A DNA stretch of 64,000 nt from Nitrosopumilus sp. (lineage in GTDB: Archaea > Thermoproteota > Nitrososphaeria > Nitrososphaerales > Nitrosopumilaceae), in NCBI GenBank assembly GCA_965205425.1, contig CBDBGZ010000009.1, forward strand, positions 1,131,077 through 1,195,076. Direction: 5' to 3'. Under the pieces are notes generated by a model that made no database searches, was not told the DNA's origin, and saw nothing but the letters and a program-made list of their open reading frames with translations. Position 1 is the stretch's first letter; every line of letters begins with the position of its first letter. The position numbers and the translations under genes are program-made. Below, piece after piece: positions 1 through 8,909 of this stretch.

Positions 1-29
1 TTGCAACACGACCCTGGCAAGTAATCTAA
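1..29 (+). CDS. amoB: ammonia monooxygenase subunit B, 3' end only
   Basis: Frame from nt 3 reads A-T-R-P-W-Q-V-I-stop, the C-terminus I recall for archaeal AmoB. It is followed by a T-rich tract, and the downstream gene order (small membrane genes, rps15) matches the Nitrosopumilus amo locus. Confidence 0.75.
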
Positions 30-122
30 ACAAACCCACTTTTCCTTTTCATTTATTAGATTCTTCTTTACGGTTTCCGTAAGACAGCCAAGTTTTATCT
101 TCTAGAAAACAATAATGAAAAT

Positions 123-437
123 GTGCTAAGTTTCAAGATAACAAAATTAGATATTTTTCAAAGTTATTTTTTTGGAGAAACTGAATTTCGTTCTGACAAA
201 TACAAAGTGAATATACAAAATCAAAGAAGAGGAAAAGTTCTGAAGTTACCTTTTGAGATAAAACCAAAAAGTGAAAAAATTGTTGTGAGAGTATCGGGAG
301 AAGGAGGTTTATTCATGGAAGACTATCTACCTTACAAAGGAGAATCAGAATGGCTTGAAATTGATTCTGATGAAATAACATATTTTCTTGCAGACCATCA
401 AGACCAATGCGATACCATTGAAATTATGTATGAATAA
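123..437 (+). CDS. hypothetical protein (amo-cluster neighbour)
   Basis: 104-aa ORF, GTG start, TTTAT-like box upstream. Confidence 0.7.
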   Translation: MLSFKITKLDIFQSYFFGETEFRSDKYKVNIQNQRRGKVLKLPFEIKPKSEKIVVRVSGEGGLFMEDYLPYKGESEWLEIDSDEITYFLADHQDQCDTIEIMYE

Positions 438-475
438 GAGAAAGGACTTTAAGGAATCTGGTCAAAGTCATCACG

Positions 476-1009
476 ATGAAATATCCTGGAATGGGGGATC
501 CATACAAGAAAAAGAAAACTATTAGATTTCTCATCATATCTGCAATCATTGCAGTATCAATAGGATTAGGTAGTACCGTCATTCAAAGTCAATTAAATCA
601 AGACAATCCACTCAAAGTCTGTATTGATGATAGAGAAACCCCATACAAAATGAAGGTCAGTTTGGAATTAATCATAGATGGTCTTCCAACAGAAATTCCT
701 GCAAACATTAACGCCGGATTAAATGATGGAGAATGTAAAAGGACCATGTATACTTTGACTGATGATGGAACCATCTATGTTGAATGGGAAGAGGATTATC
801 CATGGGAAATTGGTCACTTTTTGTGGATGTGGGAATTTCCTTTACGAGATATGGATCAGGACAAATCAACATTCTATGTAAATGATAAAGAGTCATCAAA
901 ATTCATCAATACTCCATTACAAGATGGATATCACTACAAGGGAGTATTTACTACAAAGGATTATGATTCATCCAAAGACAAAGACTTCCTACCAGAACTA
1001 GAAAATTAG
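476..1009 (+). CDS. membrane-anchored hypothetical protein
   Basis: N-terminal basic patch plus TM helix, then an acidic external domain with 2 Cys. Confidence 0.75.
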   Translation: MKYPGMGDPYKKKKTIRFLIISAIIAVSIGLGSTVIQSQLNQDNPLKVCIDDRETPYKMKVSLELIIDGLPTEIPANINAGLNDGECKRTMYTLTDDGTIYVEWEEDYPWEIGHFLWMWEFPLRDMDQDKSTFYVNDKESSKFINTPLQDGYHYKGVFTTKDYDSSKDKDFLPELEN

Positions 1010-1113
1010 TATTGTGGACTTTGTAAAAATTTCTAATAATTAGAACTTTATAAAAATGGCATAGTTTTCACTGAAGGATATTAAAAATAATGAAAAGATG
1101 AAAGTTGGTAATT

Positions 1114-1383
1114 TTACCAGTATTTACCGTTGTCTGGAATAAGACCGATACCTTCTCTTTCAAAGTGTCTGTCTAATTCATCAACCCATCTTTCACGGTT
1201 GTCTTTGTAAGCCCAGCCGTGTACACGTAACCAGAATGAGATAATTCCAAGAAGGAATATTGTGAACATAATGGTTCCGAAGATGTAAATCATTACATCG
1301 TAAAATAATGGATCATAGTTTGGTCCTAGTTGTCCTGTAATTGAAGACAGGATGCTTAGGAAAGTACCTACGATAGGAATCAT
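1114..1383 (-). CDS. amoY: small membrane protein, probable accessory AMO subunit AmoY
   Basis: 89 aa with a central TM helix. It lies between amoB and rps15, as recalled for the proposed amoY/amoZ pair. The Y/Z assignment is from recalled topology only. Confidence 0.55.
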   Translation of the reverse strand: MIPIVGTFLSILSSITGQLGPNYDPLFYDVMIYIFGTIMFTIFLLGIISFWLRVHGWAYKDNRERWVDELDRHFEREGIGLIPDNGKYW

Positions 1384-1435
1384 AATAATTTGGCTCTATT
1401 TGTGCGATATATACATTTCTTTTATTATCATAAAA

Positions 1436-1449
1436 TACGAGATCAGTAT
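1436..1449. promoter_or_regulatory. 14-bp motif TACGAGATCAGTAT, copy 1 (upstream of putative amoY)
   Basis: Identical copy at 1932-1945; quasi-palindromic ATAC..GATC..GTAT. Confidence 0.55.
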
Positions 1450-1525
1450 TACACTAGAAGAGAGAAATTTTATCTTTAGTATCCACTAAGAATAGATAAT
1501 AAAATAAGAGAAAATTGAGGTTTGT

Positions 1526-1858
1526 TTATCCTCTTCCCATTGCTGCGTATTTGCCTGATCTTCCTCTAATGAAGAAGGCTCCTGCAATACCACCGAACAC
1601 TGCACCTGCAATAACGGCTGCACCAACTACACCACCTGCATCAAGATATGGAGTTCCTGAACCAGAAGATGGATTTGCTTCAGCTGCTGCGATTCTTCTT
1701 GTTTGAATCTCAAGTATTTCTTCTAATGTGTATGATCCGGTTTGACCTTCGCTACCGATATTACCCATGTATTGTGCGAATGCTACTGCTGAACTTGCAG
1801 ACATTCCGATAGTGAAGACAGCGATTAAGGATGCTGTTAATAGTATTGTTGTATTCAT
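1526..1858 (-). CDS. amoZ: signal-peptide plus C-terminal TM protein, probable accessory AMO subunit AmoZ
   Basis: Signal peptide ending AFA-Q, Gly/Ala-rich C-terminal TM helix, basic tail; divergent from rps15 and adjacent to the amoB locus. Confidence 0.55.
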   Translation of the reverse strand: MNTTILLTASLIAVFTIGMSASSAVAFAQYMGNIGSEGQTGSYTLEEILEIQTRRIAAAEANPSSGSGTPYLDAGGVVGAAVIAGAVFGGIAGAFFIRGRSGKYAAMGRG

Positions 1859-1931
1859 ACCGTTTACCTGCTTGTTTTGGGGCCAGAGACTTATTTAACT
1901 TTTATTCTGAACCCCAAATTCGGGTATAATG

Positions 1932-1945
1932 TACGAGATCAGTAT
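1932..1945. promoter_or_regulatory. 14-bp motif TACGAGATCAGTAT, copy 2 (amoZ/rps15 intergenic)
   Basis: Identical to 1436-1449. Confidence 0.55.
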
Positions 1946-1982
1946 AAGTAACGTTTAATTCTGTTCTATAATGAGCCAAATC

Positions 1983-2432
1983 ATGGGACGAATGCACACA
2001 CACAGACATGGAAAATCACATTCTATTAGACCAGCTACACTTCGTGCACCTTCATGGATTACTCAAAGTCCTGCAGAAATTGAAGAATTAGTAATTAAAT
2101 ACACTAAAGATGGTTTGACCCCTAGTCAAATCGGAATTAAATTAAGAGATCAACATTCAATTCCTCTAATCAAACCAATTACCAAAAAAAGTATGGGACA
2201 GATTCTAGAAGAGAATGATTTGAAAGCAGAGATGCCAGAAGATCTTGAAAACATTGTTAGAAAAGCAGTGGGTCTTCAAAAACACCTCAAAGCAAACAAA
2301 GGAGACAATAGAAATGTCAGATCTTTGGAATTAATTGAAGCCAAAGTTCACAGACTATCAGTCTATTACAAAAGAATTGGAAGAATTTCCAAAACATGGA
2401 AGTATAAATCCGTGGTTGCTCAATTAGAGTAA
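1983..2432 (+). CDS. rps15: 30S ribosomal protein S15 (S13e/uS15)
   Basis: MGRMHTHRHGKSHSIRP..., PSQIGIKLRD and MPEDL motifs; second ATG chosen as start. Confidence 0.95.
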   Translation: MGRMHTHRHGKSHSIRPATLRAPSWITQSPAEIEELVIKYTKDGLTPSQIGIKLRDQHSIPLIKPITKKSMGQILEENDLKAEMPEDLENIVRKAVGLQKHLKANKGDNRNVRSLELIEAKVHRLSVYYKRIGRISKTWKYKSVVAQLE

Positions 2433-3853
2433 TGACAAATTCACTTGATGAATCACTTTCATTTTTCAAAGATAAAATTTCAGATTGTATAAAATCAAAA
2501 AAATCAATTTCAGTAACAACCCATATTGATTGTGATGGACTCACATCTGGGAGTATAGTCACTAAAGCTCTAATTAGAGCAGGATCTAATTGTACAGTTA
2601 GAACATCAAAAGAATTTAGCAAAAATGTTCTAGAGTCATTCAAAACAGATTCTCGAGACTTTCACATAGTTACAGATTTGGGAGGAGGCTTTGCAAGTGA
2701 ATTAGACAAAACACTTGGAGATAATTGGATAGTTTTAGATCATCATCAAATATCAGATGAAGAAAAAGATAATCAAAATGTCATAAATTCATGGAAATAT
2801 GGAATTGATGGAGGAGCAGATATTTGTGCAGGAGGAATGGCATATCTAGCCTCAGTAGCCTTAGATGAAAGAAATTCAGATTTATCAGCAATTGCAGTTG
2901 TTTCAGCATTAGGAGATAGGCAAGATCAAGGAGAAAGAAAGTCATTTACTGGTAAAAATTTTGAAATTGCCAATATTGCAAAAGAGCAAGGTTTAGTCGA
3001 TATTGATTTAGATTTGTTATTGGCAGGGAGAGAAACAAGACCACTTGCAGATGCCTTGGCATTTACCTCACAGCCATTTATCGAGGGATTAACTTGGAAT
3101 AGAGATGCATGTTTTTCAATCCTAAATTCCTCAGGAGTCAATCTAAAAGAAGAAGGTAGATGGAGAGTTCCAGCTGAATTGAATGAAGATGAAAAAAGAC
3201 AAGTGATTAAAGCAATTACAAAATTTGCTTCTGGTAAAAATGCGACTGAAATTATGACAGAACTGATTGGGTATACCTATACATTTCCACAAGAAGATAA
3301 TCGAAGTTTCTTACGCGATGGAAGAGAATTTTCAACCATGCTAAATTCATGTGGAAGAATTAATCGTTCAGGTGTAGGGATGGCAGTATGTATGGGAGAT
3401 AGAAATAAAATTCTAAGAGAAGCTGAAACTATTCTAACAAATTATAGAAAAATGATTAGAGAATATATGAATATTTTATCTAATGAAAGATGGAGAATTT
3501 CAGAAAGTGATACATGTGTCATGGTAAACGGTGAAGACATAGTTCCAGAAACCATGACAGGTACAATTTCATCACTTATCGCAGGTTCTCCTAAAAATTC
3601 AGGAAAAATTGTGATCTTGAGAACAAAGGCTGAAGAAAATACAATAAAATTCTCATCTAGGAAATCATTTGGGTGTACATCTGACATTAATCTGAGTGAA
3701 ATAATGAGAACAGGCGCCGAAAAATTTGATGGTATTGGAGGAGGTCATAATGCAGCAGCAGGAGCAAAAATAACTAAAGACAAATTGGATGAATTTCTCA
3801 AATATTTGGAAGTAAATGTCGTTAACGTGTCAAGTTCAAGTAATTCTCAATAA
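2432..3853 (+). CDS. RecJ-like DHH/DHHA1 phosphoesterase
   Basis: HIDCDG, TDLG, LDHH and GGGH motifs. Confidence 0.9.
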   Translation: MTNSLDESLSFFKDKISDCIKSKKSISVTTHIDCDGLTSGSIVTKALIRAGSNCTVRTSKEFSKNVLESFKTDSRDFHIVTDLGGGFASELDKTLGDNWIVLDHHQISDEEKDNQNVINSWKYGIDGGADICAGGMAYLASVALDERNSDLSAIAVVSALGDRQDQGERKSFTGKNFEIANIAKEQGLVDIDLDLLLAGRETRPLADALAFTSQPFIEGLTWNRDACFSILNSSGVNLKEEGRWRVPAELNEDEKRQVIKAITKFASGKNATEIMTELIGYTYTFPQEDNRSFLRDGREFSTMLNSCGRINRSGVGMAVCMGDRNKILREAETILTNYRKMIREYMNILSNERWRISESDTCVMVNGEDIVPETMTGTISSLIAGSPKNSGKIVILRTKAEENTIKFSSRKSFGCTSDINLSEIMRTGAEKFDGIGGGHNAAAGAKITKDKLDEFLKYLEVNVVNVSSSSNSQ

Positions 3854-4058
3854 CATATCTAAAGAAAAAGCCGAAACGGTGAAAAAAGCCTTAGAACCAG
3901 ACAATGTAGATTTTCCAGAAGGATTGAGTCTTTATGTTGAAAATATTGATAACAAACTAGTTTTTAATTTTGAAAGTAAAAAGAATATGAAGCAGCTTAC
4001 CAGTACAGTTGATGAAGTTATGGAGCATATCCAAGTTGCATTAAAGGTGATAGAATAA
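3816..4058 (+). CDS. pcc1: KEOPS complex subunit Pcc1
   Basis: 80 aa with ALEPDN motif, in the conserved rps15-RecJ-pcc1-serS-rps3ae context. Confidence 0.8.
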   Translation: MSLTCQVQVILNNISKEKAETVKKALEPDNVDFPEGLSLYVENIDNKLVFNFESKKNMKQLTSTVDEVMEHIQVALKVIE

Positions 4059-5323
4059 TGTTAGATCCAAAAATTGTAAAAGAAAAATCTCAAGTAATTC
4101 GAGATATGCTCAAAGCTAGATCAGTAGATTTTGATTTGGATGCATTAATTGAATCAGATCAAAAAAGACGAGAATTTATCCTCAAAACAGACGAATTACG
4201 AAAAAAGAAAAACCAAGTTGCATTAGAAATTTCACAGAAAAAAAAGGCAGGAGAAGATACTTCATCAATTTTGTCAGAAATGAAAAATGTGTCAGCTGAT
4301 CTTGCAAAATTAGAATCAGAACAAGAATCTATTGAAAATACTTATTCTAAATTAGCATTAACTATTCCAAATCTTATTCATGAATCAGTTCCTACAGGTA
4401 CTGATGAAAGCGCCAATCAAGAAGTTCGGAAATGGGGAAATATTCCAACTTTTGATTTCAAAATTAATGATCATATTGATATTTCAGAAAATTTAGATTT
4501 AGTAGATCTTGAAAGAGCTGCAAAAGTTGCTGGTGCTAGATTTTATTATTTGAAAAATGATCTTGTAAGATTAAATCAATCACTAATTCATTATGGATTA
4601 GATTTCCTGGCAAAAAAAGAATATTCTTTGGTTCAACCTCCTTACATGATTAATAGAGAATCAATGGAGGGGGCAGTTATTGCGGATGACTTTGAAGAAG
4701 TCATCTACAAAGTAGAAGAAGAAGATCTGTACATGATTGGAACATCTGAACATGCCATGGCTGCAATGAGGGCAAAAGAAATTCTTGAAGGGAAAGATTT
4801 GCCTTTAAGATATGCAGGTGTTAGTCCTTGTTTTAGAAAAGAAGCAGGTGCACATGGAAGAGATCAGAAGGGAATTTTTAGAGTTCATCAATTTGATAAA
4901 ATTGAACAATTTGTATTTTCAAGACCTGAAGATTCTTGGAAGGAACATGAGAAAATGCTAGCAGTTGCTGAAGAATTTTATCAAAACTTGGAAATCCCAC
5001 ATAGAGTAATGTTGTTATCATCTGGAGACATGGGGAAGGTTTCAGTAAAAACATATGACATTGAGGCTTGGATGGCAGGACAGAATGCATATAGAGAAAT
5101 TGTTTCATGTTCAAATTGTTTAGATTATCAAGCAAGACGTTTGAAGATTAGATTTAGAGATAAAACAAATGAAGACACACAATATGTTCATACACTAAAT
5201 AGTACTTTGATAGCCACAACCAGAATCATGGTTTCCATTATGGAGAACTTCCAAACTAAAGATGGACACATTAGAATTCCTAGTGTTTTACAGAGTTACA
5301 TGGGAAATCAAAAAGAGATTTAG
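4058..5323 (+). CDS. serS: serine--tRNA ligase
   Basis: N-terminal coiled coil; GTSE, FRKEAG, RVHQF, EIVSCSNC and HTLNST motifs. Confidence 0.97.
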   Translation: MLDPKIVKEKSQVIRDMLKARSVDFDLDALIESDQKRREFILKTDELRKKKNQVALEISQKKKAGEDTSSILSEMKNVSADLAKLESEQESIENTYSKLALTIPNLIHESVPTGTDESANQEVRKWGNIPTFDFKINDHIDISENLDLVDLERAAKVAGARFYYLKNDLVRLNQSLIHYGLDFLAKKEYSLVQPPYMINRESMEGAVIADDFEEVIYKVEEEDLYMIGTSEHAMAAMRAKEILEGKDLPLRYAGVSPCFRKEAGAHGRDQKGIFRVHQFDKIEQFVFSRPEDSWKEHEKMLAVAEEFYQNLEIPHRVMLLSSGDMGKVSVKTYDIEAWMAGQNAYREIVSCSNCLDYQARRLKIRFRDKTNEDTQYVHTLNSTLIATTRIMVSIMENFQTKDGHIRIPSVLQSYMGNQKEI

Positions 5324-5363
5324 TGACATACCCTTATATTTTGGCTTCAAAGGTCGTTAATAA

Positions 5364-5975
5364 TTGGCACGTAGAAAAGGTCGAGTAAAGGACAAGTGGC
5401 GAGAAAAACGCTGGGTTACAGTATATGCACCAGATTCATTTAACAACGTACCAATTGCATATGTTCCAATCACTGATGATGAAAACGCAGTAGGTAGAGT
5501 TTTAGAAGTTACATTGTATGATATTCTAAAAGGAGATCCTTCACAACATCAATACAAAATCTATTTTCAAATTCATAAGATTGAAGGTGATAAAGCAACA
5601 ACAATTTTCAAGAGATATGAGTATTCAAAAGAGTTTTTGCGTAGTTTAGTTAGACGTGGCTCATCAAAAATTAATTTCAGTATTGATATCAAAACTAAAG
5701 ACGGTTATATCTTCAGAATTAAATTATTAGCTCTAACACATAGACAACTTAACACATCTAGACAACATGCCCTTAGATTAATTGCTCAAGAAGTGATTAA
5801 CAAAACAATTCCAGAAATGACAATTGATCAATTTGTTCAAGCAACATGTTACAGTAAAATTAATTCAGATATCATGGCAGCATTCAAGAGAGTAATCAGA
5901 GTAAGACATGTAGGTCTAGAAAAAGTAAAACTCATCAGAACTGCAGACAAAGAAACAAAATTACTAGAAGCATAA
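5364..5975 (+). CDS. rps3ae: 30S ribosomal protein S3Ae (eS1)
   Basis: KDKWREKRW, GRVLEVTLYD and LRSLVRRGSSKI. Confidence 0.95.
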   Translation: MARRKGRVKDKWREKRWVTVYAPDSFNNVPIAYVPITDDENAVGRVLEVTLYDILKGDPSQHQYKIYFQIHKIEGDKATTIFKRYEYSKEFLRSLVRRGSSKINFSIDIKTKDGYIFRIKLLALTHRQLNTSRQHALRLIAQEVINKTIPEMTIDQFVQATCYSKINSDIMAAFKRVIRVRHVGLEKVKLIRTADKETKLLEA

Positions 5976-6001
5976 CTGTCTAGAATTATTCTTCAATAAT
6001 C

Positions 6002-6430
6002 ATGGTTCATAAGATTGAAATCACAATTGATGTAATTGTTCATGCAACAGAAGATAATTCAAAAATTTTTCAATCGTTTGAAGATATTATGGATATCAAA
6101 GAAGATGAATTTACAATTGATGAAACAGAAGGTCATTATGAAAATCCAATAATAATGTTAAATGCAAAAATTGTAAAAAAACAGGCTCAAAATTTAATGA
6201 ATAAACTCCTTGAAACATTACCTGAAAAGCAAATAAAAGAATTGATTGAAGAGGTTGAAGAAAGAACAATAGATTCAAAATTTCACATGAGATTAGACAA
6301 ACAAGAATTAATCAAGGGAAATCTAGTAAGTAATGAAAAAGGCACTATAAAATTAAAAATACACACACCGATTTACAACAAAAAAGATACTATCAAAATA
6401 TTTTCTGAGATTTTTCAAATTGTCAACTAG
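6002..6430 (+). CDS. DUF54-like RNA-binding protein (exosome-associated)
   Basis: VHATED, EGHYENPI and RLDKQ motifs. Confidence 0.8.
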   Translation: MVHKIEITIDVIVHATEDNSKIFQSFEDIMDIKEDEFTIDETEGHYENPIIMLNAKIVKKQAQNLMNKLLETLPEKQIKELIEEVEERTIDSKFHMRLDKQELIKGNLVSNEKGTIKLKIHTPIYNKKDTIKIFSEIFQIVN

Positions 6431-6460
6431 ATTAAATAGGAATAAAACAACTATCCAATT

Positions 6461-6530
6461 TGGGAATGAGGAAATAACAGCCGCTCCAGTCTGAGCGAAA
6501 GCCTTGAAGACGCCGCGACGAACCGACCCA
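6461..6530 (+). ncRNA. candidate C/D box sRNA
   Basis: Terminal stem TGGG/CCCA; C box ATGAGGA (6466), D' CTGA (6491), GC-GAAA-GC hairpin, C' TTGAAGA (6504), D CCGA (6523). GC-rich island with TTAAATA box about 25-30 nt upstream. Confidence 0.65.
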
Positions 6531-6616
6531 TATTATCGATCAACCATTTTCACACATTGATTTTGTAGACTATTTCATGGTATTATTTTAAATACGGATA
6601 GACAAAACTCAATATC

Positions 6617-8074
6617 GTGACAGACTATGATGTTATAATCGCAGGAGGAGGTCTTGCTGGAACCATTACAGCACAAGCTATTGCTCACTATTCAAATCAA
6701 AATTTGAAAATTTTAATCGTTGATAGAAATACAGAATTTCTACCGGGTAGAAAATCATTAGCTGGATGGGTATGTGGAGATGCATGTTCTAAAGAAGCAG
6801 TTGATTTTATGACAGAGAGAATCAAAGTTGAATGGACTAAACCAGAAATTGAACATGATGTAAAGGGAGTCATGGCATTCTCACCAGATAAAGAAACTTC
6901 AATTCCTTTTGACGGAGATGGATTTATGTTAAATCGTCAAAAATTACCAGAAATTCAAAATGAAAGATGTAAAAAAATGGGTATTGAATTTGAATATGAA
7001 ATTAATCTAACAGGTCTAATTTATGAAGGTCAACAAGCAGTTGGAGTTCAAGGAGTAGATAATAAAACAAAACAACCATTCAAAAAAACATCAAAAATTG
7101 TAATTGACGCAACAGGAGTTACATCTATGCTTAGAAATGGCCTTCAGAACTCTACCAAAGTAGAAAAACGAATTGATAGACGGGATTTAGAATCAACTGG
7201 AAGATACATCATGCATTTTGAAAAAGGTCAAAATGATCTTGCTGAATTTGATCCAGATTATTGTATCATTCATTTAGATCAAGACATTGCACCTGGAGGG
7301 TATGGATGGGTATTTCCAAAAGGAGATACTAAAGTTAACATTGGTTTAGGGGTTGAAAAATCTCTTTTAGATAAAAGAAACAAGAGATTGGGTAAAAAAG
7401 ACAATGTTGAATCATTAATGAAAGAATATCTTTACAGAAATACTGCAATTAAAAATGCAAAGCTATCAGAAGAACCACAAGATATTAACAATAATTCAGG
7501 AGTATTCCAAGTTTCAGTTAGAAGACAAAATGATTGTATGGTGTCAGGTGGATACGTAATGGTTGGTGATTCAGCATGGATGCCAAAACCAATTGATGCT
7601 GGAGGTATAGGACCAGCTTTGATTGCAGGTACAATTCTAGGAAATAACGTAGCTCAAGCATTAGAAGCAAATGATGTTTCTGAAGCAGGTTTGTGGCAAT
7701 ACAATTTAGATTACATCAAAGAGTATGGATACAAAACTGCAGGTCTTGAGCTCTTTAGACGATTAATTCAACAAATGTCTAATGAACAAATCAGTTATGG
7801 AATGAAGCACTTTTTGGGAAAACTTGATGCTGAATCAATTAGTAAAGGTGAACATCCAGACTTTTCAGGATTAGGAAAAATTGGAATGATAATTAGAGGT
7901 GCAATGAATAAAACAGTTGCAGACGGACTCAGATATACTTCTAAAGAAAATCAATGGTTAGTTGAACATTATAATAATTACCCAAAAGACCCATCAGGAT
8001 TTGATGATTGGAATAAAACACTTCATCAAAGACTAGAAGAAGCATTTACAAAAATAGAATCGTTTGATTCCTAG
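6617..8074 (+). CDS. geranylgeranyl reductase family FAD oxidoreductase
   Basis: GGGLAG Rossmann motif, CGDA, GGYGWVFPKG, VGDSA..P..AGGI. Confidence 0.85.
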   Translation: MTDYDVIIAGGGLAGTITAQAIAHYSNQNLKILIVDRNTEFLPGRKSLAGWVCGDACSKEAVDFMTERIKVEWTKPEIEHDVKGVMAFSPDKETSIPFDGDGFMLNRQKLPEIQNERCKKMGIEFEYEINLTGLIYEGQQAVGVQGVDNKTKQPFKKTSKIVIDATGVTSMLRNGLQNSTKVEKRIDRRDLESTGRYIMHFEKGQNDLAEFDPDYCIIHLDQDIAPGGYGWVFPKGDTKVNIGLGVEKSLLDKRNKRLGKKDNVESLMKEYLYRNTAIKNAKLSEEPQDINNNSGVFQVSVRRQNDCMVSGGYVMVGDSAWMPKPIDAGGIGPALIAGTILGNNVAQALEANDVSEAGLWQYNLDYIKEYGYKTAGLELFRRLIQQMSNEQISYGMKHFLGKLDAESISKGEHPDFSGLGKIGMIIRGAMNKTVADGLRYTSKENQWLVEHYNNYPKDPSGFDDWNKTLHQRLEEAFTKIESFDS

Positions 8075-8114
8075 ATCTAATATTAAATATTGTTTAAATT
8101 AATGAAAACATACT

Positions 8115-8909
8115 TTGGAAGAAGCTCAATATCTTGATTGGAATAATTCAACTCAAATTCTAAACAAAGCGCATGAAGCAGGTCTTTTTGTGCTTATTAT
8201 TGGTCCAAAGGGAACTGGTAAAACATCACTAGTCAGAGATTTTGCTAAAAACAAGAATATCAATCAAGAATCAATCAATTTTAGTCTTAGAACTAGAGAA
8301 AGTCATTTGGTTGGAACTAAGACCTTGAAAGATGGAACTGTTAGTTTTGATGAAGGGTTACTGATAAAATCCATGAAGAGTGGAGATATGCTATATCTAG
8401 ATGAAATTAATTCAGCAGAAGCAGATGTTTTACTTAGATTAGATGAGGCATTAGATGATAGACGTCAAATTGTATTAAAAGAATCAACAGGAGAAGTTGT
8501 CAAAGCAAAAGAAGGATGGTTTGTAGTTGCCACAATTAATCCATTATCACATAGTGGAACAAAAGAATTACCACCACAATTACTAAGTAGATTTCCAGTA
8601 CGGATTAGATTAGAATATCCACCAGAAAATATAGAATTAGAAATTGTAAAAAAATATGTTTCAGGAAATCATGAAGCAAAAATTATTCAAGCAATTAAAC
8701 TAGCAAATACACTTAGACAAGCTGCTGCTGTTGAAGAATTATTTTATTCGCCTAGCTTAAGAGAGACCATTGCTTTTGGAAAATTGTTAGATAAGGGAAT
8801 GTCACCAAAGGAAGTTGCAGATATTGTTTTTGGAAATGTCTATACACAATGGGGCAATATTGAATATCAAAAGGTTAGTGACATTATCACTTCAATGTTT
8901 GGAAATTAA
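8115..8909 (+). CDS. MoxR/CbbQ/NirQ/NorQ-type AAA+ ATPase
   Basis: Walker A GPKGTGKT, Walker B LYLDEIN, ATINP, LSRF. Confidence 0.9.
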   Translation: MEEAQYLDWNNSTQILNKAHEAGLFVLIIGPKGTGKTSLVRDFAKNKNINQESINFSLRTRESHLVGTKTLKDGTVSFDEGLLIKSMKSGDMLYLDEINSAEADVLLRLDEALDDRRQIVLKESTGEVVKAKEGWFVVATINPLSHSGTKELPPQLLSRFPVRIRLEYPPENIELEIVKKYVSGNHEAKIIQAIKLANTLRQAAAVEELFYSPSLRETIAFGKLLDKGMSPKEVADIVFGNVYTQWGNIEYQKVSDIITSMFGN

